This document shows positions 39,649 through 52,934 of a stretch of DNA of 64,000 nt, in pieces. This DNA is from Octopus vulgaris (Eukaryota), in assembly GCA_951406725.2 (NCBI GenBank), contig OX597817.1, positions 66,836,001-66,900,000 of the forward strand, given 5' to 3'. The translations under genes were made by a program, and so were the position numbers. Position 1 is the stretch's first letter, and every line of letters starts with the position of its first letter. A model generated the notes under the pieces. It made no database searches and was not told the origin of the DNA. It saw only the letters and a program-made list of their open reading frames with translations.

Positions 39649-40142
39649 CAATAGTTATAAGACCCAAGTTAAAAAGATTCTCAACAATTTAACTTCTCTG
39701 GTTTAAATTAAAATGCCCACCCCAACAGGGGCCTTAACTCTCACATTTTAGAGCTCCATGACCTTCATTTTTCAGGAGCAAAATCTTTTCAACAGGTTCA
39801 ATAAGACTGGAATTTTGGAATATGCGCATAAAAATCAGTAGTATGGGATACATGTGGCACGATTACAATTTTTTAGGTTGTGTAAAGAGGGAAATAACCC
39901 TCATCTGCAATTTTGATGAAATTCGAAACATAGATATTCCAGTTCATTAGAGAAAATATAACAGAAAGTGTAATTCTTCAATTGTATGTAACACGGGCAA
40001 CGCCGTGTATCTCTGCTAGTAATTAATAAATATCCTGGAAACATCTGTAAGATCTTCTGTCTATAAATGTTCTAATATCTACACAGCCTTTTTTTTTTAT
40101 CTCATTACGCAAACAATTCTTATATTAATATATATTTATACA

Positions 40143-40177
<35 letters not shown>

Positions 40178-40874
40178 ATTCTAGATTGGGCCAAAATAGA
40201 ATTGACCCAAAGTACTACGTGGTAGCATCGAACCCGTTATACTGCGAACTCCTTAACTACAAAGCCACAATACTTTACTGGTGACCTTTATGTATTCCGG
40301 AAGGCCTAAATTCTAGCATAAAAGAAACACACACACAAAAAGAAGAAAAAACAGTGAAACAGTTTCTTATAGATAATGCATTGTTGTTTGAATATTGAGA
40401 TACTTATAGTGAAGTATTTCTACTGAACTGAACTATATGTATTGTTTTAAGGTATTGTATATTGTTCGAACACACACACATATACACTTATATATGATGA
40501 CGTTCGTATGTATGTATGTATGTATGTATGTATGTATGTATGTATGTATGTATGTATGTATGTATGTATGTATGTATGTATGTATGTGTGTATGTATGTG
40601 TGCGCGTGTGCGTTCGTATTTGTGTAAAAGTGTGCCCGCGCATGCGTGTGCGGTTTGAATCTATCTTGTTTCCTTCTGTACTCATTATTGGATTCAGTCA
40701 CTGGAATGCGGTCCGCCTTCAATGGTTAAGTTAGTCAAATCAACACAGTGCTTATTTATTCTATCCGTCACTCTTTGCTGGACAGCTTAGTTACATATTC
40801 GTACGCAGAACAACATTAGTTGTCAAGCGCTGATAAATACCCCGCTAATCTCTGCCTGTCTGTCTGTCTCTCTC

Positions 40875-40905
<31 letters not shown>

Positions 40906-41405
40906 CATACATACATACATACATACATACATACATACATACATACATGCACATATGTGTATATGAGTTTATGTGTGTGTGCGCGTGTGTGTATGTACGA
41001 TATCGTTTCCTGGATTCATAGTTAAGAATTGAAACTGTACTCTAGATCTTAATAAGACCTTATAGTGGTGTTGGTGTTATCTATTTTTCGTGGTAACATT
41101 GGCTTAATGATACACTATAATTTAGTCAGTATGAGAGAGAAGGAAGTCACTGTATCTGCTGATAACAACAAGAGGATAGAATACACGAGACGCTTGTATT
41201 AAGTCATAACTTTTATTATTGGAGATAATGCGTTCATATACAAGGTTAGTTGAAAGAAGCTTATAACATTACATAAATTTGTTCTGTCTGCAGTCACATA
41301 TATCCAAGTAAGATAGGCGAACGAGTAGGCTTAAGTACAGCGGCTTGATCCAGTACACGTTGAAGAATCAACATGCACTGAACGGCGCGAATTAGAATTT
41401 CTTTG

Positions 41406-41735
41406 CATGGCTCAGTGGCTAGAGCGTCGAGCTTACGATCGTGAGGTTGTGAGCTCGAATCCCGGACCGGGCTGCGTGTTGTGTTCTTGAGCAAGGCACT
41501 TTATTTCACGTTGCTCCAGTTCACTCAGCTGTAGAAATGAGTTGCGACGTCACTGGTGCCAAGCTGTATCGACCTTTGTCTTTCCCTTGGATAACACTGG
41601 TGGTGTGGAGAGGGGAGGCTGGTATGCATGGGCGACTGCTGGTCTTCCATAAACAACCTTGCCCGGACTTGTGTCTAGGAGGGTAACTTTCTAGGTGCAA
41701 TCCCATGGTCATTCATGACCGAAGGGGGTCTTTAC
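41406..41735 (+). mobile_element. tRNA-derived SINE (third family) inserted in an LTR
   Basis: A-box tggctcagtgg and B-box-like gagctcgaatccc. Absent from the partner LTR. Confidence 0.85.
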
Positions 41736-42247
41736 CCTATATAGGTATGAACCGGAAGTTCCAGAAGAATCTCGAACATTCTAGGAGCTCGAGGGAAATT
41801 ACTCTCGTTACATCCCTTTTCCGTTTTGTTTGCCGTCGTAGCCGTCATAACTCTCCTCTTAGACGGACAGTCGATAAGCAGAATCATTGTAGCGACCCAG
41901 AGCAGATACGAAGCAAAACGAGGTGGCAGAAACATGTGCTTGCAAACAGGTAGTAAAATAGAAAAAGCAATACATGCATCACAATGCATTACTGAATATA
42001 ATTGTAGAGTTTGGCGCAGTAAACCTTTAGCTACATAGCTATGCACATCAAGCTAAATAAAAAAACATGGAAAATGAAAATATAATGTGAAAACATACAT
42101 AAGAACAATGTTTGCGAATGACGTTCTTTGAAAAAGAAATAACAAATAGTTTGTGTTGTAATACAAAGTTAAATGTACATAGTTCTGGATAATTTTAGTG
42201 TGAGTGCGACAGTACACGAGAAGTTCCAGAATAAGGTGTATGCTGCA

Positions 42248-42777
42248 TCTCTCTATATATAAACGGCAGTTTGTGAGTCTGTGTGTCTGTGTGTCTGTGT
42301 GTCTGTCAGGTTGTACCCTCACCCTGACCACGGCTTTCAACCGATTCTGATGAAACTTGACACACACATAGCCCAATGTCATAATTCAAAACTAACGAAG
42401 CGAAAATTTTGAAAAGTTCCCCCAGTTCTGAAAAAATTGATAAATTCGACATGGGGTCGAGAATCTAAGCCTTTTATTTGCAACACATTTTCTGTTGTAG
42501 TTTTCGCAACTTGCAATCGATTTTCACCAAACTCATGGTGAAGCTTAATGTTACCCTAAGAAACTTAATTCTGACGTTAGTTTTCCATGCAATACCTTAC
42601 CATCAGAAAAAATCGATAAAATCATGCCATTTTGGGAAATCGCGTTCAAATTCAAGATGACATATTTTCGACAATATCTTTCACAAATTGGCAGGAATTT
42701 TTTTAAAATTCACGGCGAGCATCATGTCTGCTCCAGGGGCTCTTACATACTCGGGCAATGCCGGGCTATGCTGCTAG
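42248..42777 (+). mobile_element. Non-autonomous Helitron, complete
   Basis: A|TC start, (GTCTGT) microsatellite, 3' ctcgggcaatgccggg hairpin and CTAG|T. Confidence 0.85.
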
Positions 42778-45700
42778 TATATTATAAAAGGAAGCTGAAG
42801 GAAGTTCTTCGTAGCTTGCTGCCTGGAAAGGCGGTTTCCGCGAAACAGAGCAAGTGTAAACATGACGTGCAAGCGTGATAGCTAACGTCCAGGAAACCGG
42901 AAATCACAGGATGCGAAAGTCAAGGTGTAAGAGAGTGCGATGTTGGCTGCTGAGACATAAGCAGTGCCAAGATTTAACCTGCGAGGGCGGTGGGTCGCTT
43001 GCAGAGGCAAGGCTGTAGGTGCTAGAAAAGCGAACGTGACTAGCGAAGCGAGTCAAACCATAAGGATGGCGACAAAAGAAGTTCCATCATGCAAGAGAAT
43101 TGGTGTTGATCAGGCATCAGCGGAAGAAAATGCATGGAACGCTACATGATGGAAAGAAAAATATATATGCGTTTATAAGAGGTGGTTCGCGTGTCCTACA
43201 AACCAGAGAGCAAAAACACGTAAGGAGCTTATTTGCCGTATGAGAAAGGCTTGAGAAAAACATTCAGCTAGAATAAACCTAGAAATGTGTGAGATTGGAT
43301 AGCATGAGGCAGATAGTATGTATGTACATTGAGCAATAAAATGTGCAAGTGTAACTGCTGAAAGCACTGTGAAACAACACTGATTGCAAAGTCTGATGCA
43401 GTAATTCGCAGCGAGAGCTGAGCATCTAAGTCTGAGTGTACGAGATGAGGTGCTGAATAGAGAAGAAATTGGAATAGAAAAGCTCATGATGAGGCTGAAA
43501 AAAAATGAAAGAACAAGAATACATGCAGAATGTTCAGTTTGTTGAATAACTGTTCCAATGAATGTTGTTAAGAAATGCATGGTTGGGATTAGGAAGCTGT
43601 TTGAAGTGCAATCCAATTGTGCGGTGCTCAGAGTGACTGGAATTTGCTGTATAAGGCCACAAAACCTGTTGCTGTACATAAAATGGCGCAGAAACGAGTC
43701 GAAACCATGGTGGTGGTAGCGTTAGCGCTGTAGTTAGGTACAAAGGCTGAAGCGGTGGTCGCGGTATTGATGACAACGATGTGTGCATGGCTGTTGAAGT
43801 CCGGCTGCATGGCAGATTCGAGACAGGCGAATGCAGTAGAGAATTGTCGAGATTTGGCGCGCGCATCCACTGCGCATGCTCAGTGGTAATTGCGCGGGAA
43901 AAACTAGCGAGGAAGATGAAGACGGACGCCATGCTGGAAACGTTCCAAAGTGAATTTTCTGGCAAAACGTTGACAGTCGACACGGTGAGAGGAAATTACT
44001 TCAAAGGAGATTATTTGAAAGAATACCGTGTATTTCCTTGTAAGAAGAATGCATACTCTGTTAAGTACGAGTACGAGGCGAAGAAGACGAATTTTAGAGG
44101 TTCACTTGAACAAGAGAAAATATCCTGACGTCGGGCCAATGATTCTTAGTTGAGATGCGAGCAAAAACTGCGATTCTATAGCTCGGTCTACCATGTGCTG
44201 TGACAGAATCGAGTTGTGCCAACCATAGTTCAGCGTCGCCGGAATAAGCTGGTATGGAAGTGTTACTCATGATTATGACAAAGAACAGGCTTGATTAGTG
44301 ACTTTTTTGTTGGACGTGGAAAACGCGAAATTATTTTAAAATTAGAATATCAGAAGTCGTGGTAGAGTAATATAGGAATTACCTTGAAAAATGTAAAATC
44401 ACGTCGATGTACCATTTGCTGTGGTTTGCGCATCCAGACAAGGAGGTTATTGTGTTCTTAACGTCGTGAGGATCACCATTTTATAGTGGAGCGGCTAACA
44501 TATTCTTAATGTGGTGGTTCACCATTTTAAGGTAGAAAGCCGTGTTCTTAACGTCGAGGGTCACTATTTTATAGTAGAAGGATGTGTTCTTAACGTCGGG
44601 GGTCACCATTTTTTGTGGTGTCGGTGTTATCCATTTTTAGTGGTAACATTGGCTTAATGACACACTATAATTTAGTCAGTATGAGAGAGAAGGAAGTCAC
44701 TGTATCTGCTCATAACATCAAGAGCTTGTATTAAGTCATAACTTTTATTATTGGAGATAATACGTTCACATACAAGGTTAGTTGAAAGATGCTTATAACA
44801 TTAAATGAATGTGTTCTGTCTGCAGTCACATGTCTCTAAGTAAGGAAGGCGAACGAGTAGGCTTAAGTACAGCGGCTTGATCCAGTACACGTTGAAGAAT
44901 CAACATGCACTGAACGGCGCGAATTAGAATTTCTTTACTTTATATATGAATGGACCAGAAATCCCCGACTTCCACGTAAAACCGGAAGTTCCAGAAGAAT
45001 CTCGAACATTCTAGAAGCTCGAGGGAGATTACTCTCGTTTAATCTCTTTTCTGTTTTGCTTGCCGTTGTAGCCGCCAGGGATCACTACAACCTATTTTTT
45101 CTTTCATTCGGCTTTAGGGTTATTTTCTTTCTTTCTTTCGGGCGTTAATTATTGGCAGCATATGTATCCGTCGAACATTTTCCCCCCATGCTAGAAGGAT
45201 CTATTTTCAGCGTATATGCAGACCAAAAACCCCTCGTATACGCTTTTAACACGAAGCCTGATCGCCACTCAGAGAAATTCACCGCCTCGATTTCATAACA
45301 GAATATTCCACAATTTATAATTTAAAGACACACAAATTAAAGTATAAATTCATTAAATGAGATCTTAACAAACTCATTATAATGTGTGCCCCAAAATGCT
45401 TAATAAATGAAAATTACATATAACCATAGTAAAGAGATAAATCATTGGCTGTAACGATCAACAAAAACAACGGAGCCAATTCTTAAACACTAATTATTAA
45501 AACACGGAATGGATATATTCAATGTTAAAGAAAAAAATGGAGTGGGTTTCATGTTTACCACACAAAGTAACAACTCCAGACATGTTTGAGTCGTATTTGA
45601 CCTTATTAGCGAAATGAAGCATAGTTTTGCCAGCACTTAAAGGGTCATAGGTAACTGAGAGATATAAAGAATTTAAACTAAGAACGTTGAATGATTAAGA

Positions 45701-46667
45701 AAGATTTAAATATTGATTAGGAGGGAATACCATAGTTTTTGTTCGCAAAAAGTATATAAAAGAAGAAAGTACTTTCGTAAGGGTGATAACCAGACTTGTC
45801 AGGTTTTTTTCTCCTTTTCAGAACTTCATAAACCCAGTGGAACAACCAGAGTGTGTGCCGCCCGTGGCCTCCTTTGAGTTTACCGCCCCCAGGTCCCCGA
45901 GCCTACTCAGCTGACCCAAAAGTGCCACGCCCATAAAAGCGTCGCCCGGAGAGATCTCTGATAACACCCTCATTAGCTACGCTACTGCATTAACCCTATC
46001 TATTCCTATATGCTTTAATTATTTTATTTCTCATATTTTGATTTACAATCATCGGATTTTTTTGCGAATCCATTCTACTTTACCTGTGTCTCATCATCTG
46101 TGGTTAAAAATTTTAGGAACTGTTGGAAAGGCACGCTGCTGTCTTTCCTCCTCTAGCTATTATGCGACGACAATTATTAAAGAGTTTTATGTCACTATTG
46201 TGATTGTATCTTCAAAGCAGTTACTTTCGCCGTGTGTGTTTCAGTCAATAACAATAAACATGTGCGAATTTCCACCTTGGTCTGTTTCTTGGTTTCTTTT
46301 GCGTTAATTTTTGGTAACAATCAGTCCTGCAGTTTATTTGACAAATTCCGTTCGAATTTCGTAATCTACAAAGTAGAACGTTTCATACAGGAAATAATGA
46401 ATGAACACTTTACGAACGAAAACTACAATATTACCGGGGAAATTCCCAACGACCGTATTACGGTTGGATCATTATTAAACTAAGTACGTTAACCCCGCTT
46501 AACTACGTGTACTTTATGCAGAAGTCATTCCTGGGAAATTTTCACCAGTCATTATTTCAATGAATTTATATTTTGTTTTTAGTATTTATAAACATATTTT
46601 TCCAATATCAAGAGATATTGAAGAAAATCATCAATTGTTCTTTGCATTTATTGTTTGAACATTATTA

Positions 46668-46774
<107 letters not shown>

Positions 46775-47112
46775 ATTATTATTATTATTTAGATTTCTAA
46801 CTTTGAAGAGATATATACTGACATGTTATTGTTTCATTTACTTATATTGTATTGTTAACATTCGTAATGTATTGTTTATTGTATGAATTTGGAAAGATGA
46901 CACTTATTGCGAATTCACATTACTGTGTTGTCATTGTTGTTGTTGCTGCTGATGTTTCAATTCGGTTCGGCCTCAATCTGAGTAGACCTATGATCAAAGT
47001 TTTTTTTTTTAAAATTCATAATTAATACTCTTATATTTCCCCCTTAGATAAGTTCAACGTGCACAAGGCGCTAGGCTGAGTTGAAGGATATAATATAATA
47101 CAATACACCATA

Positions 47113-48005
47113 CGAGGCGAGTAACCAAAAGAAACTGGAATTTTGCAATATTACTTTATTCACTTAATATTACATATTTACACTTTTATCACCTTCAAAG
47201 TATTTTCCATTCGAAGCAATGCATGTCCAAGTGCGTTCTCCACTATTCGAGGCAGTGCTGGAACTCTTGGGAAGTGATGCCTTTTAATGCCTCCGTCGTT
47301 TTTTCTTCACCTTTTCCACATCTGCAAATTCCATAGCACCAGCTTTCGTCACCAGTGATGAACTTCGAAAAAAGGGTTGGATCAACTTCCAACTGTTCTT
47401 TCAGTTCACGATACGCAATCAGTCGTGACTGCTTTTGATCTTCTGTGAGGAAACGAGGCACAAATTTTGTTGCAACTCTTTTCATCCGCAATTCCTCGCT
47501 CGAAATTCGTTGGTAGGATCTCCAGGATATACCAGTCATATCAATGAGTCCGTCAATTGTTCGGTGACGGTCCTTCATGAATTTTTCTGATGTTTTCATT
47601 CGTTCGGGAAGTCGACGGTCACCCTGAACGAAGTTGGTCTTCAAGCGATAAGTGACCATTCCTGAAGCGTGAAAACCACTCATAGACTTGTGTTTTGCTC
47701 ATGGCAGTGACCTTGTAAACTCTTTGAAGCATGACAACTGTTTCAGCCACCGTTTTCCCCAGCAGGAAACAGAATTTCACGGAAGCACGCTGTTCCTTCG
47801 TTTTAGCTATCGCAAAAATCGACAAACAGGGCAGAAGCACTGCAAAACAAAGACGCACCACGTGACAGTACGACTTCATCCGACCACACCGGGCGGCAGA
47901 CTGATACCAGAGGGTCGCAGCAAGTGGCTTCTAGCGACGGAAGCCTGAAGTACCACGGGCTTGTCACACAGAGAACGTTTCCGATTACTTTTGGGTAACT
48001 CCTCG
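47113..48005 (-). mobile_element. mariner transposon, internally deleted
   Basis: Imperfect ~28-bp TIRs (cgagg..aaccaaaaga) with TA TSD. Encodes EQRASVKFCFLLGK, VYEWFSRF, KFVPRFLT and ITGDESWCY. Confidence 0.92.
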
Positions 48006-48699
48006 TATGATACAATATAATATAATATAATATAATATAATATAATATATTATAACAAATATAATTTTGTTATGGATATATATATATGCATATACGCGTA
48101 TGTACACACGCACATATTTAAACATGTAAATACATACATAGACATCCTTATGTACGTACTTTCATGCATACATATTTATATACATACATTTATGCATACA
48201 TGACGTACACACGCGCTCACGCGCTCATACATGCACGTATAGCACACACACATTTATAAATTTTTCAGATTTATCACCACTAAAACTATTGAGTTCCGTT
48301 TATATTTGTCATCTGATAGCCGGTATCTGTGGTCGAGATCAATAAAGCAAACTTCAAGTTTAAAATCTGAATGAATTTGTTAGACATACACATGTATGTG
48401 TGTGGGGGGACGGTGTATGTGTGTATGTATGTATGTGTATATATATATGATGTGTGCGTGCGCGCGCGTGTAATAATATATAACAGGATGTATTATAATA
48501 ATACAGCTGTGTACTGTTTCAGACAATGAAAGTAATGCACTACAGAAACGGAAGTCAGAATCCGGAAGTGACGACAATAAAATTGGTAAGAATTGAGGTA
48601 AAAAGTTAAAACGAAAGTTTGAGATTTACAATATTTAAATATGTAACGGGGGAAAATGTTCCTGCTAGCTGGCAGATACACGTCAGTATCTGAACTTTT

Positions 48700-48865
48700 A
48701 TTTATGACATCAGTTATATATTAAAGAGAACATTCCATACTGCATTGCAGCACAAATATGCGCAGTAGGGGCTGATAACAGAGCGACTGAAATTCGACTC
48801 AATGAACTTAAAAGCTTTCTAAAATTACAAAAAATATCCATTGAAATTAACTGACGATAAAAATC
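48700..48865 (+). mobile_element. Penelope RT thumb-region fragment
   Basis: Manual translation IKENIPYCIAAQICAV..RLNELKSFLKLQK(fs)YP resembles the Penelope NIPYxxAxRI...LxELKxFLxxxxYP segment. Confidence 0.6.
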
Positions 48866-49290
48866 AAGAAGCAGATCTTTTTGAGCTGGCAGATCTCAGA
48901 TTAGGGAATCTAGACAAAAATTGAAAAGGATAATATGTCTTGGCAACACTCATGATCTGAGAGTATTGAACATATTTATTAGCATTCAGGTAAACCTTTA
49001 CATCTGGTTTCAAAGCATTAAAATGAAAGATTTATAGTAATTTTTTCTTTCAATGTCATTGAACTGCGGTCAGGCCGGATCGGCTGCAAATGATAAGGTC
49101 AGTTATATAGACCAGTCATTTATCATCGTCATCATCAACATTATCATTAGTATTGTTCAAATTTTGCCGAAGTCAACATTGCCTTTCATCCTTTCGGAGT
49201 CGATAAAATGTGTACCAGTTGAGTACTGGGATCAATGCAATCAACTAGTCCCCTCCCCCAAATTTCAGGCCGTGTGACTATAGTAGAAAG

Positions 49291-49361
<71 letters not shown>

Positions 49362-49377
49362 CATTATTATTATTATT

Positions 49378-49868
49378 TTCTTATCTAGACACAAGGCCCG
49401 AAATTTTTGGGGAGGTGGGCCAGTCGATTAGATCGACTCCAGTACGCAACTGGTACTTAATTTATCGACCTCGAAAAGATGAAAGGCAAAGCCGGCCTCG
49501 GCGGAATTTGAACACAGAACATAAAGATAGACGAAATACCTATTTGTTTACTACCCACAAGGGGCTAAACACAGAGAGGACAAACAATGACAGACAAACG
49601 GATTAAGTCGATTATATCGACACCAGTGCGTAAATGGTACTTATTTAATCGACTCGGATAGGATGAAAGGCAAAGTCGACCTCGGCGGAATTTGAACTCA
49701 GAACGCAGCGGCAGACGAAATACCTATTTCTTTACTACCCACAAGGGCTAAACACAGAGAGGACAAACAAGGACAGACAAACGGATTAAGTCGATTATAT
49801 CGACACCAGTGCGTAACTGGTACTTATTTAATCGACTCGGATAGGTTGAAAGGCAAAGTCGACCTCGG
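49378..49868 (-). mobile_element. SINE trimer (tail A, tail A, tail B)
   Basis: Junctions at 49724 and 49540. Confidence 0.85.
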
Positions 49869-50299
49869 TGAGTGAGAGAGCAGTACCTGCCATCAAAGTG
49901 ACACTGGGGTAAAATAATCGAAGCCTAATCTGATAAGTGTACACCAGGCACATGCATCACAACCATGTTTGCGCGACATGGTGATCTCATATCAAGATAA
50001 ACAGTGCATGACCTTGCAGGTGGGGCCCAGTTAGAATTTTCTTCATGTCGAGTAGCTCATCCTATTCAAAAGATCCTTGAATAAGGGTTGTTTAAGGACG
50101 ATGAACGAAACACCTAAGTTTCCAGAGGTGAATTATTCAAACCCCAAAGAATTCCTCTCAACACATGACTATAATGCTCTCCCACTACTTCTGCTCGTGA
50201 TCAGAGATGCATATATCGCCAGTCACAAAGGAACATGCTCAACTGGTTAAGGACAAGCAAATCTGTGGTATTGAGCAGAATATTTGCTGTACCCCATCT

Positions 50300-50600
<301 letters not shown>

Positions 50601-51069
50601 AGGTGGTGTGCTGGCAAAATGCTTAGCGGTATTTCGTCTGTCTTTATGTTCTAAGTTCAAATTCCGCCTAGGTCAATTTTGCCTTTGTTTCCAGGGGCTG
50701 AATTATTTAAACCCCAAAGAATTCCCATCAACCCATGCCTATAATGCCCTGCTCATGATCGGAAATGCACATGTTATCAGCCACTAAGGAACATCCTCAA
50801 CTAGTTAACGCGAAACAATTGACAAGCTAATCTGTATTATTGAGCAGACATTTTGTTGTAGCCCATCTTTTATACCAAGACAAAACATCTACATGATTTC
50901 TCTTCCAATCAGTGGAAATCAGAAGCTGTGAGAGCCAGTACCTGCACGCCGTGCAAAATGTTTGCCTTTCATCCTTTCGGGGTCGATAAATTAAGTCCCA
51001 GTTGAGGTCGATGTGAACAGCTGTCACTCTTCCCCAGTAAACCCAGGCCTTGTGCCTAGAGTAGAAAGG

Positions 51070-51143
<74 letters not shown>

Positions 51144-51265
51144 TAGTTTGTCTGAGACTTATTTTATGCGACTTAGTCGAACATCATCCGGTTAAAACGA
51201 CCAGATAGTTCAATATATGTGTGTGCGTGTGTGTGCGTGCACGTGTGTGTGCATGTGTGTGTATG

Positions 51266-51296
<31 letters not shown>

Positions 51297-51344
51297 TATA
51301 TATGTATATATATATGTATATATATGTATATATATGTATATATG

Positions 51345-51570
51345 TCCGAGTCAGTCGTCATGCTAGATCGTTAGCCACTACACACATTTTTTCTCTCCTT
51401 TTATTCTCCTTGTTTCTGTCCTTGTTTTTTTTCTGTGTCCCTTTCTGTAGAAGAGCGTAGGCTCGAAACGTAAAAGACTTTTTCTATTCCTGAGCGTTAT
51501 ACTAATACATCTGTTTGTTTTGTACACCACCTGTCTTCGTCTTTTGTTTTTTTTCGTAAACTCTCCCTAT
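51345..51570 (+). mobile_element. Penelope-like terminal remnant with hammerhead-like motif
   Basis: tagaagagcgtaggctcgaaacgtaaaag at 51448-51476. The tail resembles the reverse complement of 10610-10700. Confidence 0.55.
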
Positions 51571-52934
51571 ATATATATACATAGAGAGAGAGATACACAT
51601 ACATACATATATACATACATACATACATATATATATATATAGGTATATATGTATATATGCATATATATATATATCATTTATATTATATATGTGTGTGTGT
51701 GTGTGTGTGTTTGTGTGTATGTGTGTATGTGTGTGTGTGTGTTCTTTAATACAAAAAAAATAATAGAAACTCAAACTAGACAACCTTGTTGCGTTATTTA
51801 CTAGAGAGTATTTTTCATATAATTTGTTTCTTTTGTTGTTTTATTCTGCGGGCTACTTATTTCTTTAGAAAGGTAGAGACAGAGAAAGAGAGAAATAAAT
51901 CTCTGTGTGCGAGTGTGATTGTGTGTGTGTGTGTGTGGGGGGGGGGGGTAACAAGGAGAGGGAAAGTGATATATCGCTCGCATATTCCCACCCTCATTAC
52001 TAACGCAATGCAGGTCATGGAGATGTATGACGTTTATATATTTGTAGTTGAGATGAGTCATTGCTATATTTTTCCGGATTACTAATCATATCTTTTGTGT
52101 ATCTTTTTCTTTTCCTTTTACTTGTTTAAGTAATTTGACTGCAGTTATACTGGAGCACCGCCTTGAAAGGTTTTTAATCGAACAGATCGACCCCCAGGAC
52201 TAATTTCTAAAGTCTAGTTCTCATTCTATCGGTTCTCTTTTGTCGAACAGCTATGTTACGGGTATGCAACCACACCAGCATCGGTTGATAACGAGGGGGT
52301 GGGGCAAACAGACGAAAATACACACAGACACAGGGATACACACACACACACACACACACACTCACACACACACGACGGGTTTCTTCCAGTTTCCATCTAT
52401 CAATAGGCATTTCGTCTGTCGCTACGTTCTGAGTTCAAATTCCGCCAAGGTCAACTTTGCCTTTCCATCCTTTCGAAGTCGATTAAATAAGTACCAGTTA
52501 CGCACTGGGGTCAATATAATCGACTTAATCCGTTTGTCTGTCCTTGTTTGTCCCCTCTGTGTGTAGCCCCTTGTGGGCAGTTAAGAAATAGATATTTGCA
52601 GTGATTTCACATTCAAGTCACAAAACACGCAGGCGAAAAGAATCCCGTGGTATGAAGAATCAACACAGAACAACGTGCGGCACAGATACAAGTGAAGTGA
52701 AACACAACACAGCAAGCAGTTGTCATGGTAACAAGCTGCTAATGCCACGCTGACTGTTGATTGGCTAAAATTACCCAAATTTCCCAACTTTAATTCCAAA
52801 TAACATCAGATTCTTTAATTTATGAGATAAAGTAATTAGTTGATCGTACTCAAAATTCAGAGTTGCATCGATACACGAAAATTGAAAGCAATCTGAGCAA
52901 AATTAAAGAGGGCTCATTTTTTGCGAATGAAACT

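Larger units (their letters stand above)
41061..45089 (-). mobile_element. Non-autonomous LTR element with nested SINE and Helitron
   Basis: LTRs at about 41061-41848 (SINE-interrupted) and 44611-45089, termini ~tgtagtg...cactaca. TSD acct at 41057-41060 and 45090-45093. PBS-Trp at 44593-44608. PPT-like aagaggagag at ~41852-41861. Confidence 0.85.

Noticed and set aside
41406-41470. tRNA gene
   Set aside because: A and B boxes are present but there is no complete cloverleaf, and it continues into a SINE body. The same applies to the other SINE heads.
44452-44610. CRISPR-like repeat-spacer array
   Set aside because: Eukaryotic context, no cas genes, and spacers that are very short and related to each other. 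The repeats are PBS-Trp copies.
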